64,000 nucleotides of DNA from positions 25,420,001 through 25,484,000 of the forward strand of contig CM060732.1 in assembly GCA_030704615.1 (NCBI GenBank), given 5' to 3'. Under the pieces are notes generated by a model that was not told the origin of the DNA, did not search any database, and was given only the letters and a program-made list of their open reading frames with translations. The position numbers and the translations under genes were made by a program. How positions within the stretch are numbered: the first letter of the stretch is position 1; each line of letters starts with the position of its first letter. This stretch comes from Takakia lepidozioides (taxonomy: Eukaryota; Plantae; Bryophyta). This document shows positions 50,330 to 61,664 of the stretch, piece after piece.

Positions 50330-51318
50330 CTTCCTCGTAGCTTTCCACCTTCTCTGTAAGCCGAGACCTTTCCGTAGGTGGAGGCAAGAGTCAGTCCGGG
50401 TTTGGGCTGGGTTGCAGGAGCGACACTGTGGAGAGATTTTTGGTGTGGGGGAGTTGTTGTTTTCATTCTTGTGTTTGGATCCCCTCCACACCTGCATGCT
50501 TGATTGTGCGTCATGCTAGTTTTGTGTGGGTGCTTGATTTTATAGGTGGTTGACTCGGGCTTGATCGCCGATCCAACCCTAGAGCATGTTGTCGATGGTG
50601 AGGCTGGGTTGATGACCAATCAGACCATCTTTGTTTCTCCTGTGGTGAGGTTGGAGGTGTATGACCAGCCAACCATAAGAGCGCCTGCGGTGGATGCAGG
50701 TGCAGGTGCAGGCTATGTTAGGAACCTAGTATTCCGAACCATAAGCCACTTCAGGTTCTCTACCCGGATACATTGTGGAGAGGGGGTTAGAGACACGTTC
50801 ATGACCGGTTGAGTGTCAGTTTGTCAACACGGAGGTGCCACTAGTTGCTGGGGAAAGTGCCGGTACGAGCACTAGCGATACTAGCGGGTATACGAGACGG
50901 GGTGTACGGTTTAGGCCACCTTCACCTCCTGTGTCTTCTACGGAAGGTTCTGATTCGGATTGTGAATCAGGAGAACTCACACCGGCGGTGCAAGTTGTTT
51001 CCTTGTCATTATTGTGGGACACAATGGAGGAGATGTATGGAGCCACCAAGGGGCCACGTAGGTACTCTGGGGCGGTGGGCACCATTGAGTTGGATGATTT
51101 TATCCAAGAGTTTGATAGTTGGTGTGACTTGCAGCAAATACGCAATCCACAACTGTTTACGCCTTTCATGGCATGGAAGGGGTTGTTTCAGCACCTTGAG
51201 GGACCGCCCATGGATGATTACCATGAGTTTAGGCAGGGGCACGATGTTGAGATCGAGGAGTGGAGGATGTACTGGTCACCCGACTATGTCTCCATCACTA
51301 GAGGCACTAGAGGCACAA
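50330..51318 (+). mobile_element. LTR retrotransposon 5' fragment: LTR end, putative PBS, gag N-terminus
   Basis: ...CCGGATACA (50772) is followed by TTGTGGAGAGGGGG. ORF 50835-51326 has RYSGAVGTIELDDFIQEFDSWC..LFQHLEGPPMDDY, a Gag-like F.G..+DDF+..F pattern. The left boundary is uncertain. Confidence 0.55.
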
Positions 51319-53050
51319 GGTCATAAATATGGAAAATGCGGACATCTGTCGTCGATAACGTCCTCTGCTTGTGATCCGTCATGATACGTTTAGCCCCTTC
51401 GTACTGCATCCCTCATGAGAGCCTTCACAAGTTTAGTTCGTTAAAGGAACCCATGGGTAACATGGGCACGAAAATGGTGGAAGCTTATGCACATGGGGGC
51501 GTGTATTGCAGATTTTGTATCGGACGATGGGACTATTTATGTGACCAAGTATAGCGGCTTGCATCCGTCGTGCATAAGTTGTGGAAAATGGTGCAGAATC
51601 TGAAGAAACCCAGCTTTGTGATGGATCCACATGGTATTATATAAGGGATGGCAGCACAAAAAAGCAATTCGAGTCGTCACGGAACACCATCCAGTCGTAA
51701 GGTCCTCAAACATCCACACGCACCTGCTAAATGCAGATGTCTGAGCCACGACGGGAGTAGGTGCAGAATCGGTACATTGTCGCATCTGCCAGGAGACGGA
51801 CCAGGCTGAGACAATTGCATCTGCAAATGCGTGTGGATGTTTGAGGTCCGTTGTGTCGCGAGTCTGTTCACAGTGGGTCCGCTGGCCCGTCAGTGCTCCG
51901 GATATTCCCCTTATCGCGTGCATAACAGTCAGTTTGGAGGTGGTCTGCTGGAAGTCCGTCTGTTGGGATATCAGTCTGTTGCACTTGTGAATTTGTCAGT
52001 CTGTTGTGTCGGAAGTCTGTTGCACTAAGTCTGTTTGACTTCTTATTTTCCCTCCGGTCAGTCTTTTGGCTTGTTCTCCCGCCAGTCTGGCGAAACGTCC
52101 GTCTGCTGGACAGTTCTCCTCTATGGATATCAATCTGTTGGACTGTGCATACATCAGTCTGTTGTGCCGCGAGTGTATTCGCAATGGGTGTGTTCGACTT
52201 TCCTGTTCTCCCCTTACTCTCTTTTGTCTTCATTCCGCTGCCAGGGAAGTGCCTCTAATATGAAGCTGCTTCGCCTCAGCAAAGCGAATAGTCCGCTAGA
52301 CTGGCGGTCCGCTGGACTCTCGGCCCGATGGGAAATGAGTCTGCTGCACTTGCGAGGACCGTGGATGAATTTAGTACGATGCGTTCGTTCGGTGGACGTA
52401 TTCAATGCAATGACGGCGGATAGTTGGCGCCTGTGAAATCGCAACACATTGGCAGTGCCATGCCCGCTTTCCCCCTTCTACTTCTACTTTCTTCTCATGT
52501 TCCCTGTGCAATCGACTCCATTCTCTTCGCGCCTGTTTCTTCGCACAGTTTTGCACTGTTTTGTTTTCCTCTTTGCGTTTCCATCACCGTAACGAAAGAC
52601 GACCGTTCTTCCCCAGGTGTGGAGAGTCGCGGTGAGCCGCGAAGCGTCGCAAACACGCTTGCCTTCATAACAACTCAAAGTTCATCGGCTCGGTGAGGTT
52701 CTCACTTGCTGCGGTGTTTCCATTCCATTCTGTGTCCTCTTCTTGCTTAGGGTGAGTCTTTTCATAGGACTTCTATCTGTCGCTCTATCGCTCATTTACC
52801 TTGCACCTTCGTTTCATTCTGCAGCGATGGAGGATGCTTGTGAAAAGGGTGGAGCGGACTGGGTGGATTTTGTGCACCAAACCAAACTGAAGAAGGAGCG
52901 AAGGTACTGGTACGCACCAGACGAGTTTGATCATAAAATAGTGGAAGCATTTGTAGACCTCCGCGCCCGGAAGCCCAAAAACTCGAATTGGCAGAAGGAC
53001 AAGCTCTTTTGTCCCTTCTGTGAAGAGGTTATCAAGGACAAGATCCAACT
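51319..53050. mobile_element. Mutator-like element, left portion (outside the inversion)
   Basis: Shares CAGTCTG/AGTCCG motif clusters (51870-52330) with 55262-61664 and holds the 5' part of the accessory gene. Confidence 0.6.
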
Positions 53051-53051
53051 A
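52827..53051 (+). pseudogene. MULE accessory gene, 5' part (broken by inversion)
   Basis: ATG follows a TTCTGCAG acceptor. MEDACEK...KLFCPFCEEVIKDKIQL joins in frame to VWAIQAW at 61664 (minus). Confidence 0.65.
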
Positions 53052-55140
53052 AAGAGCTAACTTCCAGAGGAGCAGCAGGAGGGGAAGGGGGGGTCGGGGT
53101 GGTTGCTGGGATGGAAAACGAGCTGATTGCTGCTTGGACCTCCTGGATGGAGGGCAGATGAGAGGCTCTGCTTTGTGCAATCGCTGCAGGCTGGACGAGG
53201 AAGTCGCCAGGTTGAGCCAGAGCCTGATTGTTCCCGGGAGCAGCCCCACCTCCATCATCAGCCACGGGCTGCACACCAGTTGAACCACTTGAGGAAGAGG
53301 ATCTGGAGGGGTTAGGACGGATCCCCCTTGAGGTGATCCCTCGTTCTTTGTAGGTCATCCCTATGGTTAGCCTCCTCCATGTGCTGGTCAATCAACCTTG
53401 AAAGAAGGAAAAAAGCATTTGAAAGCAGATCCTTTGCCTTGATGTGCGCCAGCTGCTTTCCCCATGGCTTGTTCAAATAGTCTTCCCTGATCCACCAAGA
53501 CTTTCCAGGGGGAGTGTGATAGATGTCCGCATCCTCCATTAGAGCCAACACATTAGTGTTTGGCTTGCAGTTCAAATACGGGTGCTCTTCAACGTACGCC
53601 CCCCAGGTAATGACTGAGGAGGGAGCAATAAGATAGCACGACATGTGATTGGAGAAGAAGTCTTGGATTTTGGCCATAAGCATACATTGCCAGCTGCTGT
53701 TGGGGGGACACTTTTCAATAAAGCTCAAGACATCCTGATTGGTTATCCAACGGGACTCCAGCCGGGGGACCTATCTTGAAGACAATTGGCGTGACACAAG
53801 AGGCTTTGGGGGCATCATTGGTAGATACGATAGAGCACCCGACAGTACCAGATCTGGAAAGGATTTAATTGACTTTAGCACTACTCCCACCACGTGGTTA
53901 CCTGCGATTGCTGAAGGCACCAGTTGCTTGGGGGGATCGCACACTGTAGTGTCTTGAACCGGAGGAGAAGGACTCTCATGGCAATTTGCTTGCACAGTTA
54001 CAGGGCGGGGGGGGCATTTCAACACAATTAGGGACTGACATTGAGAAGTTGGCCTCTAGATGCATTGGGTCCATAGGATCTTTTTGTTTTTTTGCAATGT
54101 GAACCGGGCTAAACTGGAGCATATCTGCTGATAGAGAAAGGGGAGGAGACAGAAGTGAGAGGGGGAGAAATGGAGGGACAGGGGGAGGGGGAGGGGTAGG
54201 CGGGGTAGGGTTGAGGAGACCAAATTGAACTGATCATTGGAGGAGGGGTGGACATTATGCAAAACACTAGGGGATCTTTTCCTTTTGGAAAGGGGGCAGT
54301 TGATTTTGATGTGACCGTGCTTGCCAAAGCCGAAGCAGGCTGAATAAGAGGCGTCCTCTATCATCCTAATTGTGTAGTAGTTCCCTTCCAAGTCAATTGG
54401 CAGACGCACATAATCTGGCAGAACCGCCTCATAAGGCATCATGAGCACCATTTTGGGGCATCCGTTTTCATTCATCTTGGTAACAATGGTGGCAGATTTC
54501 CACGCCGGGTTTTTCCGAAGGGTATCAGTATTCATGAGGGGATCAGAGACACCCAGACAGCCTAGGTAAGAGCCAAAATGATTGGCTATGTATGGCAAGT
54601 TGACCAGATACTAATCCGGGATAAACGGAATGGAAACAATTCTAGGACCCCACAACTTGTCGTTTTTTGTTTCTGAGCTTGGAGGACCACGGGAAAATAT
54701 TCACGTTAAATCCCCTTTGATGCGGGTTGAACTACAGGGCCTTAGCTGCTGCTATAAGAGATTCAAACATGATAGAAAAGAAACCTCCCCCTTTGGCTAT
54801 GCAGAAGTGATGCGTGAGGTCGCCCTGACCCCCAAAGTAGCGAGTTGCCCAATCTCTTACATAAGAACACGACACCTTCCTTCCAGGGAAATGTAGCAAG
54901 ATACCAGATTCTTCCATACCTATGATTTTGCTGTGCAGATCCGGGATGTCCAACTTGATGAGGGGGAGATCGTTGTTCATAGATTCTTGCTCTTCGATGT
55001 GGTCATGGCTGAACTCCTCTTCCTCCTGCTCTGGCGCGGAGAGGAACTGCACCGGAACGGATGAGGACCCTACCTCCTTGGGAAGGACGGGGGGGGGGGG
55101 GGTCGGGGAGTGGCTTTGGTCTGTAAATTTGCCGAGTTCC
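53052..55140 (-). mobile_element. L1-type LINE copy B, ORF1 5' part (inverted)
   Basis: LHFPGRK..VRDWA..KGGGFFSIMF (DUF4283-like), CFGFGKHGHIKINCP knuckle and homology to copy A. Confidence 0.88.
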
Positions 55141-55733
55141 TGCGAAATTTCTAATTGTTACGTTGTGAAATTTCAACCTGTTTTAGTGTTATTTGATATA
55201 ACTCCCCAATTATTATCCAGGTTTGACTATATATGTTAGTGCCTCTCATTTTAAGATAATAGGGTCTTCAATGGGCACGTGCAATGTGGCCGGTGGGCCC
55301 CGCGCACGGACGCCTGGCTCCCAGCACCCCCCCGCCCCGCCCCCGCTACGCGCGGTCGCCCAGCAGCGGGCGCGGTTGCAGCAACCGCGCCCGCGCCCCC
55401 GTCCGCCGCGCGGCCAGTCCCCCGCCCATGAGTCCGCTGCCTCTAGTCTGCCAGTCCGCTGTTGGCCAGTCGGCTGCCCAACAGTCTGCCAGTCCGCTGG
55501 CCAGTCCCCTGCCATCCAGTCCGCTGACGGCGCAGGATCGCCACCGTCCATTCCCATAACCCATCCGAGCCCTCCATTTTTAGGGCTGCAATTCAAACCT
55601 GCATCCCTGCCGCCTACCACTTGCCAGCAGCCGCGAACGTGCGCACTGTTCTCCTGGCAAGTTGTCGATCGTGTCCTGTACTGCGGCGCGTTTCTTGCAT
55701 GTTCAGAAGTGTGTCCTTTGTATTGTATAGGGC

Positions 55734-58700
55734 ATGGACGTGGAAGCAAAACCCGATGATATACTGATCACGGAAAGCCCGCTTATACGGCCTCTTCGAC
55801 AATGTTTGCAAACAACAAAACCAGGACCCTTCAACAGGAAGGATCTCCATTGGAAGAGTGAGACGCAATATGGGTTTATGGGTGTGCGAGTGAATGTTGA
55901 AAAGGCCTGCATACCTTGGGATAGAGTTGGTGACTTCGTCCTGGGAGAGGAGAGTTTGGAGGACTACCCCACCCAGTTTTGGGTGAATGTCCATTCTAAA
56001 GTGGAACCCGGCTCGCGAAAAACACCCAGAGCCAACACATTTCTGTCCAGTATTATGTGTGCACCATCCTCAGTCCTTTTGACGTTTCATTGCATGTCTG
56101 TTGCCATTTTTTGTTTCACAAGTTCTCTGATTTTATGCTTCCTCAAGTCGTTGGATATCGATTTTAGAATTTTCTGTCCAGGTATCAATGCTGCTACGGT
56201 CCTGATGACAAGCGCACCAACAAGGCAATAGTGGAGGATCCAAAACAGAAGCGTGGAGGACCTCTTGTGGGTGCTGGAACATCTTGCCCTCATAAAGGCC
56301 CAAGGAGAAAGAAGTCGGAGTATGGAGCAAGATGTTCGCAACCTTGCCGAGAAACGTGCGTGGCAAACCTTCAAAAAGCACGCCGATGATGCAGAGAGTG
56401 TGCGCATGTGGAGAGACCAGAATTCTGCGTCCGTTTTTTTCTATCAAGAGGAGAAATTAGAGCCAACATTCGAGCATTTTGATGGAGATTTGACATTCAA
56501 TATTGGCCATACAGACTCCGTGGCAGAAACAACAAATGCTGGAACTAGGACATGACCGTATCGTTGCATGTGATGCAACCTTTGGGACAAATCATGACAA
56601 GGTACTATTCGAACGATTCCATGGACTTGTACGAGTATGATAGCATAGTAACATGCAACATTCACATAATATTTGGTGTGCTGACCATTTTTGTATGTTT
56701 TCATGTGTACGTTGCGGAAGACCGAGGGGCAGACCCATTGTGAACCGCTACAGACCTCATCACTCTTATGAAGTCTTCTTGTGCAGAACTGAGCGGAATT
56801 TGCATGCTCTGACCATCTTACATTGTGCATTCCAACAGTTCCCATTGTACACGTTGATGGTCTTCGACGAGTGGTTGAATGGTATACCAGTTGCCTATAT
56901 CCTATCCGCGAGGAATCAGACAAGAGACCTGGTTCCGTGGATGAGAGCCTTGCGCGATTCACTCCTCGCAGATTTGCCGAGCTGGCGACCCAATGCCTTC
57001 ATTGTGGACGATGCCGAAGCAGAAATCAACGTTGTTTGGTAAGTTTGTTGGTCCACAGCACCGGTCCATTGTCGAGGTCCACTGCAGCAGTCCATTGCTA
57101 CAGTCCACTGGCAGACTCCTGTGGCGAAACCCAATGGCAGTTTGCTGGGCAAATCCACTGGTAGTCCGCTGTCAAGTCCGGTCATCAGTCCCCTGGCAAG
57201 TCCGCTCGGCAGTCCGCTGCCAAGTCCGCTGCCAGGTCCACTCAGCAGTCCCTGGGGTCGGCCGTCCGCTGCCAAGTCCACTCGGCAGTCCCTGGCAAGT
57301 CCGCTCGGTAGTCCGCTATGGCAGTCCAATGGGGCGATCCGCTGATGCAGTCCGCTGCCCCAGTCCTAGCTAGGGGAAGTCCAATGGGGAAGCCCACTGG
57401 GTAGTCCAATGGGGTTATTCCAGCACATCAACGTCATGGCATTGTACTGTCCACTGGGCGAGTCCAGTGGCTCTGCCCGCTGATACAGGTCGCTGTTACA
57501 GTCCACTCCGGCAGTCCACCATTGCAGTTCGATCCCAAGACTCTAATGTGTACACATGTGTGTTGTGCAGAATTGTTTTTGAAGGGGTACTCATTTTCCT
57601 CTGCCTTTGGCATGTCCGCAAGGCATGGGTGAAGCAATCATGCAAGAAAACAAAGGATCCGGTGACCGCTGTAAACTTGTTGAAGGATATGGGAGACCTC
57701 ATGTACTGTAGAGGGGGACCACGCAACGAGAAAAGAGCGCTTCGGTGGGTTGCAAGGAGAATCCGTCGTATGAGGTCAAAATACCCGAAAGGACATGAAT
57801 TTCTTGACTATATCGAATAGTACTGGAAGCCCAAAATAGCAATGTGGTGTACAACAGCCCGCCATGTCCCTCATGCGAGCCAAGACACAAACGCAAGCAT
57901 TGAGGCATACCATGGAAATATGGAGGCAAGACTTGCCATGGGGAAAGGCAAGATGAGTGGTCGTAGAGTGGACTGGCTTATATGGGAACTCACTGGCCGT
58001 GTGCTAACACACTACTAGTACGCAATCCATTTGAAGACCCACGGGTTCATAAGAAATGACAAACACGAAAAGTACATATCCAGTTCTATACTTGCGGCAC
58101 GAGACATTCCTGCTGAGAGTGTTACTCTTCCCTTGGGTCCTGGTGAACCAGCCTACGTTCTCAGCAGCAACCACCCCGGCACAACATACATTGTTTACAA
58201 TCCTGATTGCGATTGGGGTTGTTGCACGTGCCCATGGGCAATGAAGGGAAACTTATGCAAGCATCAGGTCCGTGTCCTAAAGATGCTTCACCCTGACCTG
58301 CAGGATGGCCTCCTTGTGCGCATTTGTGGCACGACGCTGGGAACCATTCATGGAGGATTACCTAACTTGCTCTTAGGCAATGGTCGGTGGCAACGACGAA
58401 TCCAATCAGTTCATGGAAAGACATCCTCCGGACGACTTCCCCTACGACGAGGCACCTCTGGAGGTCTCAGCCTCAATGGAACAAGAATTCGCGGACATAC
58501 TTCGCATTGTAGGTGATGACAAATACCTAGAGGCACATGCCCGATCTGCTCTTCATATGTGCAGAGGGCAGCTCGTTGATATCCTGGCGAAAAGTGCGGC
58601 TGGAATGTTGCACCCTGCGGCAGCGAAGGCTTTCTGTCCTCTGAACGACAACAACAACATGTCTCTGAAAAGGAGACGAGATTTCGTGGAGGCCTGGAAA

Positions 58701-58823
58701 ACCCGGCCTAGGGTTTTGCGGAGAACCAGCAAGAGGGTGTCTGCACTTGCACCTGCAGCACATATATACTCAAAAATTCGCAAAGTTTCAGGTTGTGTAG
58801 ATGTCACGAAGAAGACAATATAA
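55734..58823 (+). pseudogene. MULE/SWIM transposase, intron-containing, decayed
   Basis: IPWDRVGDFVLGE, YQCCYGPDD, DDAESVRMW, ACDATFGTN, PLYTLMVFD..GIPVAY, FIVDDAEAE, LCLWHVRKAW, QDTNASIEAYH and SWIM CTCPWAMKGNLCKH. Introns at about 56057-56180, 56602-56838 and 57039-57570. Stops and frameshifts present. Confidence 0.9.
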
Positions 58824-58910
58824 GTCTGCAATGCCTCGAAAAAAGACAAGGTTTCACGTCGTGTAGGTGTCACGGAGAAGACAATATAAGTCTGCAATTC
58901 CTCGAAAAGA
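58784..58910 (+). repeat. 66-bp tandem duplication
   Basis: GTTTCA..TGTGTAG.TGTCACG.AGAAGACAATATAAGTCTGCAAT.CCTCGAAAA occurs twice. Confidence 0.85.
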
Positions 58911-59099
58911 TAGTCTGCCGACGGAGGGACGAACATCCTGTGAGGATACCGAGCAAAATGACGAATTAGCCCAATTTCACAATGTGCTAAAACATAAACA
59001 ACAGTGCTGAAAGAGGAAATGGCACAACCTGCCCAAGGGGTGAGGGAGCAGACTCCATGTAATCCAGCGCTATACCAGACGGTGTCTGCGCCGCATGTG

Positions 59100-61664
59100 G
59101 TTCCTTGTCAGTGTGCCTGCCAGCATGTTCAGTCTGTTGCTCAATGTGGGCAGTATGCTCGGCCGCCGGTTCTTCGTCAGTCCTTTCGTCTGTGAACTGT
59201 GCAGTTTGCTGGCAACTCTGCGGTTCAGTCTCTTCCTCAATGTGGGCAATGTGCTCGGTGGCAGGTTGGTCGTCAGTCCTTCCCTCTGTGAAGTGTGCAG
59301 TGTGCTGGTCAGGCCGTGCAGTCTGAACTATGCAGTCAGAGCTGAGCTATGCAGTCTGCCGCTCCGAGCCATCCTGGTCAGTCCTTCCATCTGTGACCTA
59401 TGCAGTCTGCTGGTTAGTCTGCGGTTCAGTCTCCTCATCAATGAAGACAGTATGCTGCCCCGCCACAGGTTGCTCGGCAGTCCTTCCATGTGTCCACTGT
59501 TCAGTGTGTTGGTCAGTCTGGTGGACAGCCGGCTGGGTGTTCGGATCTCCATGGACTTGGGAAACATCAAGAACATGTATGGAAGACCCACCAACAATTG
59601 CTTCCTCAGACTCTTCTGTAAGATCTATGATATGGTTTTGCGTTTCCAGATTGAGTTCGGTCATCACATAAGACTCATCTATGGCTTTCGCCACTGAGCG
59701 CACGAAAACGGGACTAAGCTGGAAGGTCATAGAAGGAAGGCCACGGGGAGCTGGATAAGAATGCTTTACCAGTGACTTGATGACGTCGTCAGTGAATGTG
59801 CCTGGGGGAAAAGTGGACTCGGTCAAAACACTCATACTGGCAGATCCAAAAACATGTTGTTGGGAACTCAGCAGAAATTCGTCCACAGGGTCCTGGTGAG
59901 CCAGTGCTTCCGAGTCTGTTGCACAATCCAGGGAACAGACTGGCTGTTAGTCTCCTGGATAGTCTGCTTGGCCATGTGTTGAGTGGGTTCGCCAGTGTGC
60001 TGCACAGTCTGCTGAGGGGCAATCTGATGGCTGGATTCGTCGGTCTGCTGCACGGTCTGCTGTACAGTTTGCTGAGGGGCAGTCTGGTGGCCATGTTCGC
60101 TGGTCTGCTGCACAGTCGGCTGAGGGGCAGTCTGTTGGCCGGTCTGTTCTCCGGTCTGCTGCAAAGTCTGCAAAGTTCGCTACCCGCTTAGTACTGTTTG
60201 CACATACTGAGTATGTGTGTGCGGGGCAGTCTGCCGGGAGTGATCCGGCCTATTACACGGGACGGTCTGGTGCACATGCTCGGTCTCCAGCACTTGGGCA
60301 GTCTACCCACATGTGTCGTGGGGAATATGTTGTTCAACATTCTTGTGGCCAGTCTGCTGGACAGTCTCCCGAACTCCTTGTAAAGCCAGGACAAGGTCCC
60401 TTGCACCTCTGGCAAAAGAGTCAAAAGCAGCCTGCACTTGCTTGTCTCCCAGATCAACTCGCCTTGCAACACATGTTTATGCAAATGTGAACTTTTAAAA
60501 AAGTACGAAAGTTGCCCATAACATTTTACCTTCCAAGAGATTTCCGACGAGGCCAATGTCCTTGATTTGCCGGCACAGGCATGCTCCATCGAGATGAGCA
60601 ATGGCGCCGATGCGGTCTTCAGTTGGGATCCCACACCACAGGACTTTGAAGACATTGGGATTCTGCAAAACAATGTCGAATACTGCTCGCTCCATCACCA
60701 ATGCAAACCAGTGCAATGTGTCATCCACCACAAACTTCTGTGAATGGTCTGTTCCATGGAGTAAGTCCATCCTCAAACTATGCAGATCCTTCATCAACTT
60801 GTTGTATGAGCGGAAATTGCCAAATTGCATCCATCTGTGTTGTAGGAAGGAAGCTGCCATGCGCTCAAAGTCCTCCTCAGTCAATCCGAACAAGTGCTTT
60901 CTTCGCACCCCAAAGGTTGGATGTGCCATAGGCATATGTCTGAGGTCTTCAGGCTGTGGGTCATCCATGAGAATCAGCTGCACAAGTAGAGGCGGCGCAT
61001 TTTGGTCGCTTGTGGCTTCAATGACAACAGCAGAGGCGGCTTCTAGAACATGGTTGGCTTTCTCAATAGAAAACTCCATGGAATAATGAAATGGTACAAA
61101 TGACCACCGGCGGTCCGCAACAATCCGGTGGAGCTCATTATGCCAATCCAAATGGGGATTAATTTCTCCCACCCTAAGCCGGGGAAGCGTGAGGTCTTCA
61201 GCTCCGGGTCGAATTACCGGTGATGGCGATCGCCAAACTGCAAAAAGCGCCGTACTATGTGAGAGAAAGGCAGTCTGCTGGTCAGTCTGCTGGTCTGCAG
61301 TCTGTTGGATGACAGGACTTCCCATTGGCATGGGCTGCATGATGGGCTCCTGGAGAGGAGTCTGCAGGATGACAGGCTGCTCATTGGGAGTCTGCTCCGT
61401 TGGAGTCTGCTGGATGACAGGCTGCTGAACGGGAGTCTGCTGGATGACGGCCTGCTGAATGGGAGTCTGCTGGATGGCAGACTCGGCTGTCCCAGACGCA
61501 TTACCCCCCGACGTGTCTTGAATATGTAATGCTGCTATAGCAGCAGATGACCCAGGATACTTCAATAATATGTACTCTCGCACGCGGTCCACTTCCGCAA
61601 GCACTGCAGTCGCTTGTAAAGGAGCATCATTGCTAGGTATCCGCCAAGCCTGAATGGCCCACAC
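59100..61664 (-). pseudogene. MULE accessory gene, 3' part; unknown protein with Q/T-rich repeats
   Basis: 389-aa ORF 60495-61664 plus ORFs 59868-60173 and 59398-59886, with QQTP/QQTV/QQTD repeats. The 3' end and exon structure are uncertain. Confidence 0.65.

Larger units (their letters stand above)
55262..61664. mobile_element. Mutator-like element, portion inside the inversion
   Basis: G-rich start after an AT-rich flank, subterminal CAGTCCGCT repeats, and a transposase with a convergent accessory gene. Confidence 0.75.

Noticed and set aside
55223-55759. ORFs of 167-178 aa on both strands
   Set aside because: They lie in GC-rich MULE subterminal motif repeats.
59095-60191. Plus-strand Leu/Ser/Val-rich membrane-like ORFs
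   Set aside because: They are antisense shadows of the CAG/ACT repeat tracts.
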